Of a stretch of DNA of 64,000 nt, positions 59,403 through 64,000 are shown piece by piece. Position 1 is the stretch's first letter. Each line of letters starts with the position of its first letter. The notes beneath the pieces were generated by a model. It was not told where the DNA came from. It saw only the letters and a program-made list of their open reading frames with translations, and ran no database searches. A program made the position numbers and the translations under genes. The stretch spans positions 1-64,000 of IMG/VR virus record IMGVR_UViG_3300025600_000004, one strand, 5' to 3'. The stretch is from a virus. Lineage: Duplodnaviria; Caudoviricetes.

Positions 59403-60010
59403 ACTACATAATATGCGGTGAAATAGCCAGTGGAAAAGACACTGTAGCAGAGTTACTCCCTGGAACCCGCATGGCCTTCGCAGATGACTTCAAGGTAGTC
59501 TGCAGGTTACTTCGTATCCGTGACATCTATGGAGCCTTTAACTTCATGGAAACACTGTTCAACGGCAATGAGCCCAAGGATTACCGCAAGCAACTAAGAA
59601 AATTCATGGAATACCCAGTAGAACAAGGGAAAGACCGTAGATTATACCAAGATATAGGCATGTGGAGTCGGCAGAGTTACCCTGATATCTGGATTGATGC
59701 AGTGAAACGTCGTATCCAGCGAACCAAAGGCTCCATAGTAATCACTGATTGTCGGTTTTACAATGAACTCGCAGCCTTCCCAGACTTCCATAGTATCTAC
59801 GTCGATTGCTCAGAAGAACTGCGTATGCAACGTATGGTGGCAAGGGATGGCGAAGTTAAACAAGGCAGTTTGGGTCATGCTGCGGAACAAGAGATCCAAG
59901 GACTCAAGGAACTCTGTAATGTAGTCGTGGTGAACGAAGGCTCCCTGGATGATCTTAGAGTTGACGTTGATTCTGCACTAGCATACATGAATTTTAAAAT
60001 GACGAACTAA
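59399..60010 (+). CDS. deoxynucleoside monophosphate kinase
   Basis: ICGEIASGKDTVA, AFAD..K, IVITDCRFYNE, R..RDG..H.AE. Confidence 0.85.
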   Translation: MNYIICGEIASGKDTVAELLPGTRMAFADDFKVVCRLLRIRDIYGAFNFMETLFNGNEPKDYRKQLRKFMEYPVEQGKDRRLYQDIGMWSRQSYPDIWIDAVKRRIQRTKGSIVITDCRFYNELAAFPDFHSIYVDCSEELRMQRMVARDGEVKQGSLGHAAEQEIQGLKELCNVVVVNEGSLDDLRVDVDSALAYMNFKMTN

Positions 60011-60014
60011 GGGA

Positions 60015-60046
60015 TTACTATGTCTACGGTGTTTCCCAAAGTTTCC
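60015..60046 (+). repeat. repeat A copy 14
   Basis: TTACTATGTCTACGGTGTTTCCCAAAGTTTCC. Confidence 0.95.
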
Positions 60047-60077
60047 ACGAAGAATACGAAGATGGAGGAATGACATA

Positions 60078-60842
60078 ATGAATAAACTAAGTATAGGCGA
60101 TGAAGTCAAGGTGGTCGGAGGATGCCCAGGAAGTCTGAGTATTTACTTAGGACGCACTGGAGTCATAGAGAAAATCAAAGGCGAGCGATGGCCTTATCGT
60201 ATCAAAGGGTTCACAAATATCAATGGACACTATGCAGTGTGGTCTGAGGATGAACTAGAGTTAGTCAAAGAGGAGGCGAAGGAAATAATGGAATTCAAAG
60301 TAGATGACAAAGTAACCGTAGTGAAAAGCAGAGACCTTGGTAACAGCCATAAATCCATCGGCAAAACTGGGATAGTCCAAAGAGTTGACGATGATTCTAC
60401 TCCGTACAGAGTACACTTTGATGAACTCAATGATTACTGGTACTATCGCAGAGATGAACTTGTATTGGCTAAGTCCACCATCGAACCCAAAGATGTCCTC
60501 CGTTTACTCCTAGAAGGCAAAGACATCCGACACTCTGCAATGAGTCAAGGAAGATACATGAGATTCACCAATGGAACAATCAAGTATAACGATGGTGGAT
60601 ACTGCGATGTTACTGTATGGATAGCGAAGGATGGCGGTGAGTTCGAGGAGTACGTTGAACCTGAGTCACCACCCAAGTTCTCCAAGGACTCCCTAGTCTA
60701 CAACACTGACGGAACCATCGGCAAAGTCGTAGAAGACAAAGGATTATTCAAGGGTACGAGGAAGTATGCTGTGAAATTCAATGCAGTCAGAGAGGCTTTG
60801 AGAACAGTGGGTGAATCGGAGCTATCAGCCTATGAATCTTGA
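60078..60842 (+). CDS. multi-module SH3/KOW-like protein 2
   Basis: IGDEVKV..GRTGVI..YR, FKVDDKVTV..GKTG.V..YRV.F..EL. Confidence 0.6.
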   Translation: MNKLSIGDEVKVVGGCPGSLSIYLGRTGVIEKIKGERWPYRIKGFTNINGHYAVWSEDELELVKEEAKEIMEFKVDDKVTVVKSRDLGNSHKSIGKTGIVQRVDDDSTPYRVHFDELNDYWYYRRDELVLAKSTIEPKDVLRLLLEGKDIRHSAMSQGRYMRFTNGTIKYNDGGYCDVTVWIAKDGGEFEEYVEPESPPKFSKDSLVYNTDGTIGKVVEDKGLFKGTRKYAVKFNAVREALRTVGESELSAYES

Positions 60843-61216
60843 CAGGTTTGCCGAGGGAGTCGAAGACATCCAAGATATACCAGTGTTGAGCCACTGCTGG
60901 CGATGTGGCGACGAAATATACAATGGACACTATGCGAGCTTAGGTGTTTGCGAAGAATGCGATGAAGCCCAAGATAAAGAGGAGGATAACATAGATGATT
61001 AAAGTGTCACTTAGCAAGCCAAAGGAATCCGAGGTAACCCTAAAGATGAGCCTAAGCTCAGCCATAATATTCTCAGAATACCTACTGTATGCCATTGATC
61101 ACATAGACATCCATGGCGCAGCTATGGTCATCGTAGACACTCTGCAATGCGAAGTAACCGATGTTGACACAGTGATTGCTGAGATTACCAGTGGATTAAG
61201 GGAGGAATTAGCATAG
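60832..61216 (+). other. two small hypothetical genes (60832-61002, 60995-61216)
   Basis: Overlapping ORFs; the first has CxxC pairs. Confidence 0.55.
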
Positions 61217-61695
61217 GAACAAAGAAAGCACCGAAACCCAAAGCTCCTAAGAAAACAAAGTGGGCCAAGGGTCAACGTAGTATCAAATGTGAATACGATG
61301 GCATCAAGTTTGACAGCGAACTTGAGCGAGATTTTTTCATTGAACTCCTACGGAGGAAAGACGCGGGGGAATTCGTAAGCGTAACCTTGCAGCCTAAGCT
61401 AGTCCTGCAGCCAAAGTTCAAACGCGATGGTAAAACAGTGTTGCCTGTGACATACTCCCCAGACTTCCTCACTATTGACAAAGATGGGACAAAGGTGTAC
61501 TGGGATGCGAAGGGGCAAAGTACCCAACAAGGGGACCTAAGGCGTAAGCTGTACCTCTACCAGTATCCAGAGGAATTACGATGGATTACAAAGAGTCTGA
61601 AGTATGCTGTGGACGGTGATCCATGGGTTGACTATGATTATGTCCAGAAATGTCGTAGACAGGCGAAGAAAACTAAGAAAGGATCGGTGGCATAA
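61213..61695 (+). CDS. DUF1064-like endonuclease (PD-(D/E)xK; possible resolvase)
   Basis: DGIKFDS.LE...F, LQP.F.L, TY.PDF, D.KG. ATA start inferred because the motif lies upstream of the first canonical start. Confidence 0.8.
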   Translation: MGTKKAPKPKAPKKTKWAKGQRSIKCEYDGIKFDSELERDFFIELLRRKDAGEFVSVTLQPKLVLQPKFKRDGKTVLPVTYSPDFLTIDKDGTKVYWDAKGQSTQQGDLRRKLYLYQYPEELRWITKSLKYAVDGDPWVDYDYVQKCRRQAKKTKKGSVA

Positions 61696-61697
61696 CA

Positions 61698-62402
61698 ATG
61701 AAAATCAAAGTAACCAAAGGTAGAAACAGTTGCTGGTACAATGACTTCATAGGTGAAATCTTCGAGGTAACCAATGATCGCAGAGGTTATTATACAGTTA
61801 AGCACAATGGCACCGATGATATCTGCGTTGTTAATCATGAGGACTGCGAAGTCATCCCAGAGTTTACCATCGGCTCCAAGGTAATCGTCAGAGACAACTC
61901 AGAGGACGATGGTCGCACTGGAGTTATCATTGGCACAGACGATGTATATCCATGGAGAATCAGGTATGACAGCAATGGAGAGAATGAGCTATTCTTTGAA
62001 GGATGCTTGGAGTTAGTCCCAGAGGAACAATGGCTCACGAAGGAAGCTGCGTTATGCCTCGCAATCAAGGGAGCCAAGGTAATCAATAAAGGAACAAGGA
62101 AAGACACAACGTATGTCTATTGGAATGGCAGAGGATTCGTCGTAAATATCAAAGATGATACAGAATATCCATTGGAATCACCTAGAGCCGATGATACTCA
62201 TTGGAAGATCTGGATTCCACCGACACCTCCGAAGCCTAAGTTCTCCATCGACTCCTTCGTAATCTTCGAAGAATGCTATGTTCGCATCATTGATTCAGAG
62301 TTCAAGCATGGAAATCATAGATACTATGTGTCCAAGGGAACCTTTGCAAATGCTAAGTCAGACTGCATGGTTGCCGATGAAACTGAGTTAACAGAGGTGT
62401 AA
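61698..62402 (+). CDS. multi-module SH3/KOW-like protein 3
   Basis: FTIGSKV.V..GRTG.I..W.IRY..LELV and KFS.DS.V..ETEL. Confidence 0.55.
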   Translation: MKIKVTKGRNSCWYNDFIGEIFEVTNDRRGYYTVKHNGTDDICVVNHEDCEVIPEFTIGSKVIVRDNSEDDGRTGVIIGTDDVYPWRIRYDSNGENELFFEGCLELVPEEQWLTKEAALCLAIKGAKVINKGTRKDTTYVYWNGRGFVVNIKDDTEYPLESPRADDTHWKIWIPPTPPKPKFSIDSFVIFEECYVRIIDSEFKHGNHRYYVSKGTFANAKSDCMVADETELTEV

Positions 62403-62431
62403 CTATGCCCTCTATGTCTCCAAAAGTTTCC
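62400..62431 (+). repeat. repeat A copy 15 (starts on stop codon)
   Basis: TAACTATGCCCTCTATGTCTCCAAAAGTTTCC. Confidence 0.9.
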
Positions 62432-62454
62432 ACAAATAACGAAGGAGTGATCCA

Positions 62455-62858
62455 ATGGAAAGCGTTGCAATCAAAGTTACCGCTTGGATGATTACGATAA
62501 TCATATGGAAATGCTTTGTTGACCTTGTAACCTATGCATTCCATATTCCCTTTGATGTCACATGGATACAAGCATTGGTCGTCGCATCGGTATGGACACT
62601 AGGTATCAAAGTACTAAGAAATATCTTTGGAGGTAAACAATGAATAACTTAGAAGCAATGGTTATCAAAGTATTAACATCGTACAACGAAGGTGCTGCCG
62701 TAGACACCACCGATCCACTGACAAAGAGGGTCGTGGATAAGCTGTGGCGCAGAGGTTTGCTGGTGAAGGCTGTGAGTAACGGTGAGATGTCGGTGAGTGA
62801 CTACGGACGCAGGGTGCTACGGAAGTTTAAGGCGATGGAAGGCGAGGTGGCTCAATGA
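62455..62858 (+). other. two small hypothetical genes (62455-62643 membrane; 62640-62858)
   Basis: RBSs, ATGA overlap. Confidence 0.6.
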
Positions 62859-64000
62859 ATGTAGCACAGCGTATCGATGAATACATAGCGAGATCGGGGA
62901 GTCGTGCAAAGGAAAACGCCAATCAATCCTTTAGTTATCCAGGGATGCTAGGGTATCTACTGGGTTTCGTAACATCTGAGTATGCACTGGATCGCATATA
63001 TCCCAAGGCTGCCCAGGAACTCCATGAAAAAGCCCAAATACACATCCATGACATGTCTGGGTTATGCTGTTACTGCTATGGAATGGACTATGAGATGGCA
63101 CTGGATCAAGGAATCCAAGGGGAGTCAGAGCCTCCTAAGCATTTCGAGACTGCCTTGGGTCAGATGGATACATTGATATTCCAGATAGCAGGGCAAATCG
63201 CTGGAGCCGTAGCAATCAATAGTCCCGATGTACTCCTTGCTCCCTACATTAAAAACGATGGACTCACATACAAACAGGTGAAGCAATGTATCCAACAGTT
63301 TATCTACCGCATCAATGCAAAACTAAGGCAAAACTATGAAGCACCATTCAGCAACTTCCAGCTAGACCTCACAGTTCCTAAGAGACTACGAGGGAGAACA
63401 CCAGTCATCGCAGGGCAAGCTATGGAATTCCATTATGACGATTGCCAACAAGAGATCAACTGGTTTAACACAGCACTCATTGAAGTCATGATGGAAGCAA
63501 AGCGTATCCTGCCATTCCCAGTGTTGAACATGAGCATCACCAAAGACTTCAACTGGGACAACAAACTCGCTGAAACAATGTTTAAAGGCATCGGAAGCAT
63601 GGGATTACCAGTGATTAATAACTATGTTAACAGCGACTATGACCCTGATTCAGTGAAGTCCATGTGTTGTTCGCTAAGGCTTGACATGAGTAAACTAATG
63701 AAGTCCAATGGTTCCTTTGGCTCCAATGACAACTCTGGTTCCATAGGTGTTGTCACGATTAACCTTGCACTCATGGGTTACCTAGCAGAAGGCAGTAAAG
63801 CAATGCTTCTAGGTAATATCAGAGATAACATGTATGTAGCAGCGGAGGTCTTGGAAAACAAGCGTGAATTCATTGAACACTGGCACTCCATCGGAATGTA
63901 TCCAAGGCTTCAACAGTTCATCACAGACTTTCATAGTTTCTTCAGTACCATCGGCATCGGTGGAATGAACGAGATGTGCCTTAATTTCCTAGGGAAGGGC
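62855..64000 (+). CDS. nrdD: class III anaerobic ribonucleotide reductase, 3'-truncated by window edge
   Basis: KENAN, IHIHD....YC, PPKHFETALGQ, AGAVA, PFSN, FP, SMCC.LR, GSIGVVTINL; open to the window end. Confidence 0.92.
   Translation, partial: MNVAQRIDEYIARSGSRAKENANQSFSYPGMLGYLLGFVTSEYALDRIYPKAAQELHEKAQIHIHDMSGLCCYCYGMDYEMALDQGIQGESEPPKHFETALGQMDTLIFQIAGQIAGAVAINSPDVLLAPYIKNDGLTYKQVKQCIQQFIYRINAKLRQNYEAPFSNFQLDLTVPKRLRGRTPVIAGQAMEFHYDDCQQEINWFNTALIEVMMEAKRILPFPVLNMSITKDFNWDNKLAETMFKGIGSMGLPVINNYVNSDYDPDSVKSMCCSLRLDMSKLMKSNGSFGSNDNSGSIGVVTINLALMGYLAEGSKAMLLGNIRDNMYVAAEVLENKREFIEHWHSIGMYPRLQQFITDFHSFFSTIGIGGMNEMCLNFLGKG

Noticed and set aside
33462-62431. Repeat A as a CRISPR array
   Set aside because: Copies are 0.1-7 kb apart with whole genes between them, are degenerate, and no cas genes are present.
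33462-62431. Repeat A as T7-like single-subunit RNA polymerase promoters
   Set aside because: No RNA polymerase gene in the window, and the early arm already has consensus sigmaA promoters. Not fully excluded because the genome is incomplete.

Overview
The whole 64-kb window is one temperate, long-tailed (sipho-type) dsDNA phage genome of about 43% GC (visual estimate), with no host genes. Strong GGAGG(TGA) ribosome-binding sites, sigmaA-type promoters, a Bacillota-type SOS box and the amidase type point to a Bacillota host, probably Negativicutes (inference). Layout: a RepL-like gene and non-coding ori-like region (1-1250); small genes, PhoH, Bro-N/HNH and tRNA-Thr (to 7.5 kb); packaging, head and tail genes (7.7-29.3 kb), including a -1 frameshifted tail chaperone and a 1562-aa tape measure; lysis genes (30.2-32.1 kb); and an early/replication arm (32.2-64 kb) with intein-containing DnaE, a lysogeny module with apparently intact attP, SSB, ligase, primase-helicase, exonuclease, dNMP kinase and NrdD. 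Most notable: (1) a 32-bp asymmetric element in 15 co-oriented copies, 14 of them in the early arm and six starting exactly on the upstream stop codon, whose GTTTC core recurs in operator-like palindromes over early promoters (possibly a stoperator-like control system); (2) a ProQ/FinO RNA-chaperone gene in an apparently Bacillota phage; (3) a second 30-bp promoter-like repeat; (4) an HNH-type intein in DnaE; (5) at least six genes that appear to start at ATT/ATC/ATA/CTG; (6) an SOS-boxed small gene opposing a repressor that lacks an autocleavage domain. Coordinates were counted by hand and no database searches were run.
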